Source of the DNA: a virus
Length of the DNA stretch: 64,000 nt
Direction: 5' to 3' (one strand)
IMG/VR virus record: IMGVR_UViG_3300024313_000004
Span: 32,001 to 96,000 of that record
Numbering within the stretch: the stretch's first letter is position 1; each line of letters opens with the position of its first letter. Position numbers and translations under genes: made by a program. The notes under the pieces are model-generated. The model was not told the DNA's origin. It searched no databases and saw nothing but the letters and a program-made list of their open reading frames with translations. Shown piece after piece: positions 47,382-57,644 of this stretch.

Positions 47382-48300
47382 GAATAACGAAAATACCTGA
47401 AGCTCCGTTGGGAAACTGCATATCTGTGCGGACCTCCTCACCGCACGTGCAAGTTTTTTTAAGTTCTTTTATACCAAAAGTCATTTTACTAACTGCAGCA
47501 TTTAGAAATTGAAATGATATATCATCCATTCCCTCAAATTCTACAAGTTTTGCTTTTATACCATCATAAGTAATTGATGATCTACCACCCATCATAAATG
47601 GTATTATTTTTAAGAAAGAAAGATTTGGACTTTTCTTTTCACTATTTTCTTTCATTATGTATTCTGTGAATGCCTTCTGTAATCCAATATTTGGTGGTGT
47701 TAATTCAAATGACTTACCATTAATAGCCTTGAAATGATATGATCCATTAGATTGGTTATAAAACTTTTTAAGTTTCTCATCTATTTCATGGAAAATAAAA
47801 TTTTCTTTTTTAAGTTCGATTTCATTCTCTATTCCACATGTACATCTTGTGGTGGTTTTTAATGAGTTTCCTTCTTGAAAAGTTAACTCTCTTATTAAGA
47901 ATACTAAAAATAACCTATCTTGATCCTTAATATCGAGATATGATGCAACTCTACCATCGTTATATTTAACTCTGACACATGCTTGTAATATATCATTCAT
48001 TTTCTCAACTATATCATAGAAGTTATTATCATCTACCATAGAATATGCCTGAATCTCTCTAACTTGAGCAGGTCTTACCATAAATAGAGTTCCTGCTGGA
48101 TAGAATTGACCACAAGGTAGTTCTCTGATATCAAAATTAAAATATTGTAAATCGGTCACTCTAGTACTCTCCACTATAGGTTTCTCCACTATAGGTTTCT
48201 GTGGAATATCACTATTGAAACTATTTGTTGGTGTGGTATTTATATCTTGAAGATGTCTTTTTAAGTAATCTTCTTCGCTCATTTCTTGTTCTTTAGACAT
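47350..48300 (-). CDS. Baseplate hub / tail assembly chaperone (gp26/gp51-like)
   Basis: LPCGQFYP...VRP; DRLFLVFLIRELT; two CTCG Zn knuckles. Confidence 0.7.
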   Translation of the reverse strand: MSKEQEMSEEDYLKRHLQDINTTPTNSFNSDIPQKPIVEKPIVESTRVTDLQYFNFDIRELPCGQFYPAGTLFMVRPAQVREIQAYSMVDDNNFYDIVEKMNDILQACVRVKYNDGRVASYLDIKDQDRLFLVFLIRELTFQEGNSLKTTTRCTCGIENEIELKKENFIFHEIDEKLKKFYNQSNGSYHFKAINGKSFELTPPNIGLQKAFTEYIMKENSEKKSPNLSFLKIIPFMMGGRSSITYDGIKAKLVEFEGMDDISFQFLNAAVSKMTFGIKELKKTCTCGEEVRTDMQFPNGASGIFVIHDAFEAYIEK

Positions 48301-48374
48301 AATGTATATTATTATTTTTTAGAATATATATTAGATATATTCTTTTCTCTTATATATCTTAAATCATGTAAAGT

Positions 48375-48467
48375 TTACATATTATATACACATTTTTTAT
48401 TACCTGTATTATATATTCTATGATAACCTATTTCATTCATTATTTCCTCTTCTGTCTTTTTGTTTAA
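48375..48467 (-). pseudogene. Relic C-terminus of a homing-endonuclease-like gene
   Basis: Intergenic frame reads KKTEEEIMNEIGYHRIYNTGNKKCVYNM*, with no gene body upstream. Confidence 0.5.
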
Positions 48468-48470
48468 ACA

Positions 48471-48501
48471 AAAAAAGTCCCAAATTTCTTTGGGACTTTT
48501 T
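48471..48501. terminator. Intrinsic terminator after the tail sheath gene
   Basis: AAAAAAGTCCCAAA-TTTC-TTTGGGACTTTTT. Confidence 0.88.
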
Positions 48502-48516
48502 AATTTTAGTTTATTT

Positions 48517-51500
48517 TTATGCAAATCCACCTGCTGAAATAGCACCAGTTCTAAGTATTGTTACATTGTTGACAATGATTCCCATACCCTTAATTGGTTC
48601 TACATAAGTATCAAGTACACCAATTTGGTTATCGATAACCTCTGTTGTATTATTCTCTTCATCCATTTTATTGAAGTAGTTATATAAACCATTTTTACTT
48701 ACGTAAGTCTCACAAATTACATCAGCTCTAAGTTTTATTTCAGATCTGATATCTGGTGTATTGTATCTCCATTGGAAGTCCAATAACATTCTTGACAATT
48801 CTCTTTCAAGTTCTATCAATACCTCTCTAACGTGAATGTAAGAAAGAGCAGATTTATATAATGTTTGTGCAGTATTTTCGGTCTCAATAACATTCCCTCT
48901 ATTTCGTTTGAAAACGATTGGATTTATTTGTGCACCATTTAACCATTCTATATCAGATGGTGTTAAATCCATTTCTAACCCAGCGATATTTGTAATTCTA
49001 CCATTAGTAACACCTGCTGCTATAGTCCAAGGTGTTATAGATCCAACATTTGATATATGTTTTCTCATATATGTTGTTGCTACGTGAGCTGCTGGTGGCA
49101 TATCCAATGGTCTACCATTATCATTAACTGTTAAATATGGCATGAAGTAACCAACGCAAGTTGTACCCTCACCATCACCGAATGAGTAAAGGAATGCTGG
49201 TCCACTCTCAGGATCTGCACCTTTTGCGATAAACTCTGCTTGAAGAACACCTTCAGAGTTTACGAATGTAGGTGAACTTGAGTTTTTGAATGACTTCATA
49301 GATGGCATGTTTAAAAATCCAAATGCATCTAATCTATCACCACATATATCAACCAATTGTTGTTTTGATCTCTCTGTTAAACCTAATCCAAACGAATCTA
49401 CTAAATATCTGAAGTCAATTGCTTCTTTGTTAGTTAATGCCTTAAAAATAGGAGTTCCTTTTGCAGTAAGATTTAATAATGTATTTTGTCTAGCTTCGGT
49501 ACCATCTGGTAAAGATGCTTCTCTTACTCTAAATCCTTTTAATGGTATTGCTTTATAAGTGGTAGCATAATTATCTACCGTTTTATATCTTGTAGTTTGT
49601 AAGTCTGTTCCGAATGCAATAACTTTAATCTCTGAATCACAAGTTATCTCTACTAAGTCTACATTTCCTGAGTATTGTCTTTTAGAAACAATTCTAGTAA
49701 GTTTTCTTGGGTATTCCCCTGCTACTAGTGTATTTTCGTCATAGAATGCCTCTAAGAAATCACCAACTTTAACTTCTGTATATCTTGCACCATTAACAAG
49801 AACCTTATTAGGAACTTGAGTATATCCTGTTGGTACCTCAATTTCTAAAGTTTGTTTGTAGTTTGATATTGCAGATTGTATCTCTATTGTACCTGCGGTA
49901 TTTGTATCAACTTCTTCAAATGCTGTGAAAGTTTCATCCATAAAGTATGTATTTAACTTACCATCTGTATCTAAATACATTTTAAGGTAATGTTTTGTGT
50001 TAAAATCTTCAATTATAGAAACATTTTGAACTCTTTCATATGTAGTATTTTCACTTACTTTATAAACATAGTTGAATATACCTGCACCATCATCTATAGT
50101 GGATATTAAATTATCAGATATTATTGTAAATGTTCCTGTGTTAGTAATTGCACTTGGTATAGATATAATATCATATAATTCTAATGCCGGATCTTCAGAA
50201 GAGTTGAATGCTATATAATCATATCCTGCTGCAGATGAAGTTGGTCCTACATTTATACCAGCTGTCAATCCAAATACCGAAACTGGTGACTCGCCATTGA
50301 AGAAGTAGATATCACTTATAAATTCTTCACCACTTACATATGGTAAGTTATTTGCATTTTGTAAGATACCAAAAGGTATTCTGTTTGTATAGAAGAAATC
50401 TCCTGTGTTTATACTACCATTTTCATATTTTGTATAGAAGTTAGATTCTAAACCTACAACACCATATCCTGTTTCTGTTTCTGCAACTTCATTTTGAGTT
50501 TTAACACCTTTTGATCCGATTATGAATTCGTTATCCACTGTATATAAAACTAAAAATCCTTCGATAACATCTGATAATTCTACTGATGTTAAACCAGTGT
50601 TTAATACGAATGATTTATCTTGTGTTGTAGATGTTACTATATCTGTTATTGTCATTCCAGAAAGACTAGCCTTTTTACCACTAGTGTAGTTTAAAAGCAT
50701 TGTCATTTTATCTTTATTAGTACTATCTATAAGTTCCACTAATCTATTGAACATTATAAATCTTCTATATTGTTCGTAGTTTTTAACACTTGGAGATGCA
50801 TCGGTATCTAAGAATGTTACTTTAATAGATCCTGATCCTAAATCTTCTACTAAATAGTCTGTACCAACTTCAAAGTTTTTGAATCCATCTTCATCAATAT
50901 TTACATTTGTGAAACTTGGAGTTCCTGAAATCTCTTGTTGGTAAACATCAAATGTTACATAACCTAATACAATATCGGTAGATGCAACTGTTGGATTTGT
51001 TGAATTGGAACTATTTACAACTTTGAAACTACCTGTAGAATCTAACACGAAAGTAGAAACGTAACTAGCAGTCGAACTACTATATACATAGTTATCCGTA
51101 GAAATTGATAATGTAACAGGATTTGAATCTAATTCAACCATGTTATCACCAACTACTGAGAATGCAATTGCATCAGTGTTTAATAATGAATATGTGGCAA
51201 CAATTGAGTTTGTTCCAAAAGATGGTGATAATTCACCTAAATAGTCTGCGGCTACATTATAAACATATCCTTCTGAGAAGTATGATGTTCTGTTGTTACC
51301 ATTTGCAACCCATCCATTCACTTTAGGTGTACCATATGTATGGTTAGTACCCTGTGAATTATATGCCCAAGATGCAGAACCACCTAATAGAGCAGTTACG
51401 TTACCTGGTAAATCTAATGGAGTTGAAGTCATTTCAACTTCTTCAGAAATCACATCTTTATAAGAAAGGAATTCTATATTAGTTTCATTTTTACCTGCAA

Positions 51501-52440
51501 TTGTATGTCCAATTAAATCTAATTTACCATTAAAGAAATCTGTTTCAACTAAATCGTTATTAAACGCACAGAAAACTCCGGTTCTATCTGTATCTCTATT
51601 TATTACCGTTTCGATAAATATATTTCTACCATTATCATCTCTAAAATATGGAATTAAAGAAAGTCCTTCATAATAAGATAGAAGGGTGATATTTCTATCA
51701 TTTGCAAATTCTCTAACTTTATCTTTTCTAAGACCATCGGCATTGAAGTATGTACTCCATCTAGAATCGACTGCTAAGTCTCTATAGTTTGACCAGTCTC
51801 CACCTACAACAATAACATCGACCATATAGTCAGATGCGTAATCATTTGAACTAATGTAAGGTGGCATCTTTTCAACTGAACCATACCATTCGATTAAAGT
51901 TCTATCAAAACCTGTTACCGAAGACTTAAATGCAAATACTGTAACATATCTATCTGATAGATTGGTTAAACTAAATGCTCTTTCGGAATATCCTGTATTA
52001 CTTTTTGTTAAGTTGATGAATGATTCAGTATCTCTTTTCCAGAAACCTGTTGTATCAAAGAATCTTCTATAAGGACCTACTCTATCAACATCATTTAAAT
52101 AATCTGCTGATGTAGATAAAGATTTATACTCAATAGTATCTAAGTTGTCATCTGTTAGTAGTAGGTTTACTGCAAAAACTGGTGCAGTTTCCAACATTTT
52201 AGAAATAGTTCTGTGAAAAAAAGAGCCTTTTCTTTCCAAGCTTCTATCCAATTGACCGAAGATTGCTTCTAAATCAGAATTATTAGTAATTCTGATAGGT
52301 GTGTTAACAGGTCCTTTTTTAGAGACACCGATTACTAAATTTGTAATACCACCTTCAGCAACTGGAGTTGCGATAACTGAGTTATCATATTCTTCTAAGA
52401 ATATCCCTGGTCTTTTGTATTTTCCAATTTGAATTGCCAT
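48517..52440 (-). CDS. Tail sheath protein (gp18-like) with large insertion domains
   Basis: RPGIFLEEYD, KGPVNTP, PWTIAAGVTNGRI, INPI, YIHVREVL, DEENNTTEVID, VEPIKGMGII. Confidence 0.92.
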   Translation of the reverse strand: MAIQIGKYKRPGIFLEEYDNSVIATPVAEGGITNLVIGVSKKGPVNTPIRITNNSDLEAIFGQLDRSLERKGSFFHRTISKMLETAPVFAVNLLLTDDNLDTIEYKSLSTSADYLNDVDRVGPYRRFFDTTGFWKRDTESFINLTKSNTGYSERAFSLTNLSDRYVTVFAFKSSVTGFDRTLIEWYGSVEKMPPYISSNDYASDYMVDVIVVGGDWSNYRDLAVDSRWSTYFNADGLRKDKVREFANDRNITLLSYYEGLSLIPYFRDDNGRNIFIETVINRDTDRTGVFCAFNNDLVETDFFNGKLDLIGHTIAGKNETNIEFLSYKDVISEEVEMTSTPLDLPGNVTALLGGSASWAYNSQGTNHTYGTPKVNGWVANGNNRTSYFSEGYVYNVAADYLGELSPSFGTNSIVATYSLLNTDAIAFSVVGDNMVELDSNPVTLSISTDNYVYSSSTASYVSTFVLDSTGSFKVVNSSNSTNPTVASTDIVLGYVTFDVYQQEISGTPSFTNVNIDEDGFKNFEVGTDYLVEDLGSGSIKVTFLDTDASPSVKNYEQYRRFIMFNRLVELIDSTNKDKMTMLLNYTSGKKASLSGMTITDIVTSTTQDKSFVLNTGLTSVELSDVIEGFLVLYTVDNEFIIGSKGVKTQNEVAETETGYGVVGLESNFYTKYENGSINTGDFFYTNRIPFGILQNANNLPYVSGEEFISDIYFFNGESPVSVFGLTAGINVGPTSSAAGYDYIAFNSSEDPALELYDIISIPSAITNTGTFTIISDNLISTIDDGAGIFNYVYKVSENTTYERVQNVSIIEDFNTKHYLKMYLDTDGKLNTYFMDETFTAFEEVDTNTAGTIEIQSAISNYKQTLEIEVPTGYTQVPNKVLVNGARYTEVKVGDFLEAFYDENTLVAGEYPRKLTRIVSKRQYSGNVDLVEITCDSEIKVIAFGTDLQTTRYKTVDNYATTYKAIPLKGFRVREASLPDGTEARQNTLLNLTAKGTPIFKALTNKEAIDFRYLVDSFGLGLTERSKQQLVDICGDRLDAFGFLNMPSMKSFKNSSSPTFVNSEGVLQAEFIAKGADPESGPAFLYSFGDGEGTTCVGYFMPYLTVNDNGRPLDMPPAAHVATTYMRKHISNVGSITPWTIAAGVTNGRITNIAGLEMDLTPSDIEWLNGAQINPIVFKRNRGNVIETENTAQTLYKSALSYIHVREVLIELERELSRMLLDFQWRYNTPDIRSEIKLRADVICETYVSKNGLYNYFNKMDEENNTTEVIDNQIGVLDTYVEPIKGMGIIVNNVTILRTGAISAGGFA

Positions 52441-52499
52441 ATTTTTAGTTTAATTTTTTATAGTTAAAGTATATATAAAATGTAAAAAGTGATATTTTT

Positions 52500-53060
52500 C
52501 TATTTTTTTATATCATCTGTTATTTTTTTAGAAGAATCTACTAATTCCTTTTTTATATCATCCATTTTCTTCTTTAAATCACTTTCTGCAGTTGTTAAGT
52601 CTTTTTGTGTGTCAATTATTTCTTGGCCTTTCAACTTTTGTTTTGATTTTATGTCGTTTATAGTATTTGTCTTCGATTCTACGGAACTATCACTACTATT
52701 ATCAGAGTTTAATAATTTTAAATCCTCTTGATTTTGATATAAATCATCATTGTACTTGACCAATTCATCTTGTATCTTTTTTATTCTGCTCTGAAGACTC
52801 AAAACTTTTGTATATCCTTCGATAAAGGGGTTATTTGGAAATTTATCTCTTATCTCATTTATCTTATCCTTTAGTATAGTATCACCATCATCTGATTTTA
52901 TATTTGTAAATGTACGATCCAGTTCGGCCTTTACTTTTGGATATTCCTTTATACTTTTCTCTAAATCATTTAACTTTTCCTTAGCGAGCATTATCTCTGG
53001 TCTATCTGTTACCTCAACATTTATATTCTCAAAATGTTTGAATTTTTTTAAGTATTTCAT
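52500..53060 (-). CDS. Coiled-coil protein (MKYLKKFKHFE family)
   Basis: ORF; shared N-terminal motif. Confidence 0.75.
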   Translation of the reverse strand: MKYLKKFKHFENINVEVTDRPEIMLAKEKLNDLEKSIKEYPKVKAELDRTFTNIKSDDGDTILKDKINEIRDKFPNNPFIEGYTKVLSLQSRIKKIQDELVKYNDDLYQNQEDLKLLNSDNSSDSSVESKTNTINDIKSKQKLKGQEIIDTQKDLTTAESDLKKKMDDIKKELVDSSKKITDDIKK

Positions 53061-53063
53061 AGT

Positions 53064-56000
53064 TTATTTAATATTTGTATCTTTTATACCTTCGGTTGAA
53101 CTTATATTTTCGAATCCACCATACTCTTTAATATTTTTTTCAGTTGAACTTTTGTCAATTTTAACCCTTTTAAAATCATCTTTAGTTGAACCTCTACTTA
53201 AATCTACTATGTGATTGGCCTTTATTATTTTCCAATTATTTTCTTTCTTAACAACTTTAGTTCCTTTATTGTCTGATTTCTTATCATCATTAACTCTCAT
53301 AACACTATTTATAGTTATAGAGTTTGGGAGATTAAATTTACCATCTTTGTACAACTCTGTTGATTTTATACGTGTTGCCATAATTGGATAAATCTCACCA
53401 TTTGGATCCTTCTCATTAAATTGATTAATTTCTTTGTTTAAATTAACCGTTGTTCTACTAAATTTTTGAAGACTCTTTTTAAGATAAAATGCAGTTTCGG
53501 AATAGTTAATATATAAAAAGTTATCTTTTATTTCTTGTATTTGGAAATAAAATCTCTTTCCGTTACCACCATTCTCAGAAATAAGTAGTGAGAACCAAGT
53601 ATACTCTAAAGAGTTCTCGTTTTTAATTTTTATACTTGTTTCTCTACCATCGACAAGACTTACTTCTACCGATTTTATATTATTAGCAACTCCTGTTACA
53701 ACACCACCGTCACCACCGTAATATAGATTACTATCATTCTTATCATCTTTATATCCAAAATATTTATCTAGGAATTTAGCTTGTGCACCTTGTTCTTTAC
53801 CTGAACCACCTTTGTATAGCTCATCACCATCCAACATATCAGTCATGAATTTTCTTAGGTTCATACCTGCCTTTTCTATATACTCATCTCCAACTTTTAA
53901 TTTAGTACCGACATTGAATATTGCTTGATATTTTTTATCTTTTTTAACATCCAATACACAATTTTCCCATTGATTAAAAATTGCATTATTTCTATATGGT
54001 CCACCACTTGCACCTGCGGTCTCTGGGGTACCACCTCCAAAACTATGATATTCTAAAAATGTTTTGTTAGATACTTTACCACCAGATCTACCAGTTGGAA
54101 TAACTTGTGTTGTGTGTAACTTATATGCTCTATTAAATACTTTCACAATCTCTAATATAGGATCCATACCATCTATTACAATAGAATCTTTTTTCTCTGC
54201 AAGTTTTTTATCTAAATTTACTCTTACTTTATCAACTTCAGTTTTTTCTAAAATCCATATTTTTAGATCCATTTTTTTATCCCACCAGTCTTGTATTTTG
54301 GTAACACTATTTGGATTTTTCCACTCACTTACTTCACTGTTATTGTCATTTGTAGTATCTTCCGTTGGATCTTCGGTATCTTCCGTTGGATCCGTAGTAT
54401 CCTCTTCTTTCTTAAATCCAATTTTATTTTCGGTATAATCTGCCTCATTCATACTTAAAAAAGATTTATATCTAAGTAGAGTTTTAGACTCTTCTAAAAC
54501 TTTCTCAACATCATCCATAGACTTTGTAAACTCTTTACCACTTTTATCTTTGAAGATGAGATTTCTACCATCAATCCTTAATATTTCTTTAGTTATTTTC
54601 TTCCCGGTATCTCTACTATTCCAAGTAACCGTATCTCCTTCGTTCCATTTACTAGTCACTTCAAGAACATACTTCATGGATTCGTTGAATCCCTTTATAT
54701 CATCCGTAAATACATCCCACGTCTCTCCCTTAACTTCAATTTTGTTTGTTTCATCAATATAAATAATGAAGCTACCATCGGGCTTTTCTTTAGTCACCGT
54801 ATATATGTCTGCTATATATTTACCTATTTCATTCGACTTTTCTAATATCGTATGTACATCTTCGTTTATTCCATTTATAGATCTTATGTTTGTATATATT
54901 TTATCTATGCTTAATTTATACTTTTCATAACCGTCGTTTGTTGTTCTATCGTCAGAATTTAAAAACTTATGGAATTCACCATCTTTTATCAATATGTTTG
55001 GTTCGCTTTTAAATGCTAAATACAATGGTTTTATTACATCCCATAGTTTTTTAGTATCTAAATCTAACTTACGCTCATCTTTCGAACTTGTGATGAATTT
55101 CCATATTTTACCAACAATTTTACCGATAGGTTTACCCACTTTAGATGTGTTTGTATCGTTAGTATCTTCATCTATTTTTAGAAAATCATCATATTTCATT
55201 AATTTGGATTCAGTTTGAATTTGTTTCGGTGTTTTTTCTTTACTTTTGGCAACCGTAACATTTTCTTCACCTGGTAAAGGTTTTAGTTGATTTTTAGGAA
55301 CGCTCATAGTTTTTTTATACATTCCTTTTACATCTTTAAATGCAACAAAAGCATGATCTCTCTTTATAACATCGGTTCCGATTATATCATCTTTTGTGAG
55401 AAATTCTTTATCTGGTCCAGCCTTTTTTGTTTTATCTAAAGAAATAATTTTAACAGGGTTTTCTTTACCACTTTTATTTGTAAATACATATTCTTTACCA
55501 ATTTCAAACTCACCTTCTGTTGAAGATTGTTTATTTGTCTGTTGTGTTGGTGATTCTGTTGAATTTACTACATTTTTTATTTCCTGTGTTATTCCTTGAT
55601 AAGTCAATAAAATATCAAATAAATACTTAAAGTTTTCTAAATATGTTTCCGTTTCTGTTCTTTTTTCTTCATTTTTGTAATCATCATCTTCTGATTCACC
55701 CTCTTCAAATTGTTCTAAATATTTTTTCCATTCATTCAATTGTCTTAGTAGTTCATTTTTATCTTCTAAATCCTTATTCGAATTAACTTCTAAAATTGCA
55801 GATTCTGTTAGATTCAATAATTCAATCTTTGCTTCACCCTTTTCTACAGCATCTTGAAGAGCTATTAGATATGTTGATATTAAAGCCTTTGCATATAGTC
55901 TTTTATCATTTTCGTCCAACTCTGCAACTGATGAGGTTAATAAAATATCATCCATTGAATCTCTGAGTCTTTGTTCAACTGACTTTATTCTTAAAAGATT

Positions 56001-56204
56001 TGCACCTATTTTGGCTTTCCTTAATGTTGAATTTATTAATCTACCTAATAATGAATCACCCCAACCAACATTATTGACAAAGGGACCACCTACTACATCT
56101 TCATTTATGGTTTTAATATTTTCGGAATTTGTATATTTATCTTTAATTTTTAAAATATTATTATAATTTTTTAAAAAATCTTCTCTTCTATTAATATATT
56201 TCAT
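53064..56204 (-). CDS. Large multi-module protein (1046 aa), probable virion internal protein
   Basis: N-terminal and two internal copies of the signal motif; two SH3-like modules; rc TAATATATA 56226-56234. Confidence 0.65.
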   Translation of the reverse strand: MKYINRREDFLKNYNNILKIKDKYTNSENIKTINEDVVGGPFVNNVGWGDSLLGRLINSTLRKAKIGANLLRIKSVEQRLRDSMDDILLTSSVAELDENDKRLYAKALISTYLIALQDAVEKGEAKIELLNLTESAILEVNSNKDLEDKNELLRQLNEWKKYLEQFEEGESEDDDYKNEEKRTETETYLENFKYLFDILLTYQGITQEIKNVVNSTESPTQQTNKQSSTEGEFEIGKEYVFTNKSGKENPVKIISLDKTKKAGPDKEFLTKDDIIGTDVIKRDHAFVAFKDVKGMYKKTMSVPKNQLKPLPGEENVTVAKSKEKTPKQIQTESKLMKYDDFLKIDEDTNDTNTSKVGKPIGKIVGKIWKFITSSKDERKLDLDTKKLWDVIKPLYLAFKSEPNILIKDGEFHKFLNSDDRTTNDGYEKYKLSIDKIYTNIRSINGINEDVHTILEKSNEIGKYIADIYTVTKEKPDGSFIIYIDETNKIEVKGETWDVFTDDIKGFNESMKYVLEVTSKWNEGDTVTWNSRDTGKKITKEILRIDGRNLIFKDKSGKEFTKSMDDVEKVLEESKTLLRYKSFLSMNEADYTENKIGFKKEEDTTDPTEDTEDPTEDTTNDNNSEVSEWKNPNSVTKIQDWWDKKMDLKIWILEKTEVDKVRVNLDKKLAEKKDSIVIDGMDPILEIVKVFNRAYKLHTTQVIPTGRSGGKVSNKTFLEYHSFGGGTPETAGASGGPYRNNAIFNQWENCVLDVKKDKKYQAIFNVGTKLKVGDEYIEKAGMNLRKFMTDMLDGDELYKGGSGKEQGAQAKFLDKYFGYKDDKNDSNLYYGGDGGVVTGVANNIKSVEVSLVDGRETSIKIKNENSLEYTWFSLLISENGGNGKRFYFQIQEIKDNFLYINYSETAFYLKKSLQKFSRTTVNLNKEINQFNEKDPNGEIYPIMATRIKSTELYKDGKFNLPNSITINSVMRVNDDKKSDNKGTKVVKKENNWKIIKANHIVDLSRGSTKDDFKRVKIDKSSTEKNIKEYGGFENISSTEGIKDTNIK

Positions 56205-56246
56205 TATTAAAAATCTATTTTTTGGTATATATTAAAGTTTTAATAT

Positions 56247-56675
56247 ATGTTTTCCTTTTTTAATCAGAAAAAATTCACTATATTTGTAGAACAAAATAAA
56301 GAAAATATGAAAGATATAATTTGCGTTGACCTTACGATACTTAGTGATGATGAACTTAAAGAATTCTGCGTTGGGTATAATTTAATGTATGATAGTATTT
56401 TAAATCTTAAAGAAAGAACATATGCAAAGTTATGGTTAACTAAAGATGGTATACTAATTGCGTTCAATCTTGTTGAAGAAAATATTTTTGAAATTGATGA
56501 TTTTGAGACAATTAGATTATTTAATAAATTCTTACCTGAATTATTGGCAGTAGAGGTATATGAACCGGTTAAAATTCCAATTATTTTAGAGGTTGATGTT
56601 ATCTTAGAAAAGATATCTAAATATGGTGTTGATTCTATAACCAAAGAAGAAAAAGACTTCTTAGATAATCAATAA
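56247..56675 (+). CDS. Hypothetical protein with C-terminal DUF6576-like module
   Basis: VDVILEKISKYGVDSITKEEKDFLD. Confidence 0.7.
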   Translation: MFSFFNQKKFTIFVEQNKENMKDIICVDLTILSDDELKEFCVGYNLMYDSILNLKERTYAKLWLTKDGILIAFNLVEENIFEIDDFETIRLFNKFLPELLAVEVYEPVKIPIILEVDVILEKISKYGVDSITKEEKDFLDNQ

Positions 56676-56830
56676 CTTAATTTTTAAATAAAATAATATT
56701 CAAAATTTATTAAAAATCCACGATTATAAAAAAAAAATTATAGAATCTCTAAAAAAAGACAATAAATAAGGTTATTGATTTTTATATTATATAATATTGA
56801 ATATATAAGATATAAAAAAAAGTCTCCAAT

Positions 56831-57115
56831 ATGAGATATATCGAATTAAAACATAATGGTAAAGTCTTTACCAATGAAAGTGAAATAAATAAAATACTAA
56901 TATCAAATAAATTATACTGGCTTATAGATTCTGAGTTTGAGAACGCAATTCTCGAATTAAGAAATAATACTATAATATGGTATAGTGGTGACTTCTACTC
57001 TGGTGATTGGCACTATGGTATATTTAAGGGGGGTTCATTTCATGGTGTTTGGGAAAATGGAATCTTTGAAAACGGAAATTTTAATGGTAAATGGGTAGAG
57101 GGAATCAAGTTATGA
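56831..57115 (+). CDS. Small protein with G-x-(W/F) repeats
   Basis: GDFYSGDWHYGIFKGGSFHGVWENGIFENGNF. Confidence 0.7.
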   Translation: MRYIELKHNGKVFTNESEINKILISNKLYWLIDSEFENAILELRNNTIIWYSGDFYSGDWHYGIFKGGSFHGVWENGIFENGNFNGKWVEGIKL

Positions 57116-57137
57116 TCTAAAAAATAAACAAATAACT

Positions 57138-57593
57138 ATGAAAAGGAGAAAAGTTGCTCTAAAAACGGTTGGGAGAAACGATGTCTATAATAATGGAATC
57201 GTTAGAATTACTAAAGAAGAAAATATATATTTTTTTGAAATTGGTAATGAGTTAACCAGTGATATAGCAGAGGCGGTTGTCCTATTAATGAGAAAATTTG
57301 ATTGGGATGATAATATATGGAATTTAGAACTTGGTGAAGTTGATACAGAGAACATAACACCTGAGAAGTCTCTATTTTGGTTAACGGGTGGATATACGGA
57401 GTGGAGAACATTAGATAATTATAGTAAACCTTGGTGTGATTGCTATTTAGATTTTCAAGAAGAGTATGGTATGTTGATAATTAACATAGTAAAGCGAAGT
57501 AAAAAAATAAGTGAAATAAGAGATAATTATTGTAAGTATCTTAATTTACCTATACTTTATGATTTTGCATTAAGTAAAAATATGATAAAATAA
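57138..57593 (+). CDS. Hypothetical protein
   Basis: ORF track. Confidence 0.7.
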   Translation: MKRRKVALKTVGRNDVYNNGIVRITKEENIYFFEIGNELTSDIAEAVVLLMRKFDWDDNIWNLELGEVDTENITPEKSLFWLTGGYTEWRTLDNYSKPWCDCYLDFQEEYGMLIINIVKRSKKISEIRDNYCKYLNLPILYDFALSKNMIK

Positions 57594-57644
57594 TAAAAAA
57601 TAAAACACATAAAATAATGTGTTTTATTTTTTTATATATACTTT

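Noticed and set aside
48517-52440. Unusually long tail sheath as a novelty
   Set aside because: Large insertion domains in sheath proteins are common in jumbo myoviruses, and no intein motifs were seen.
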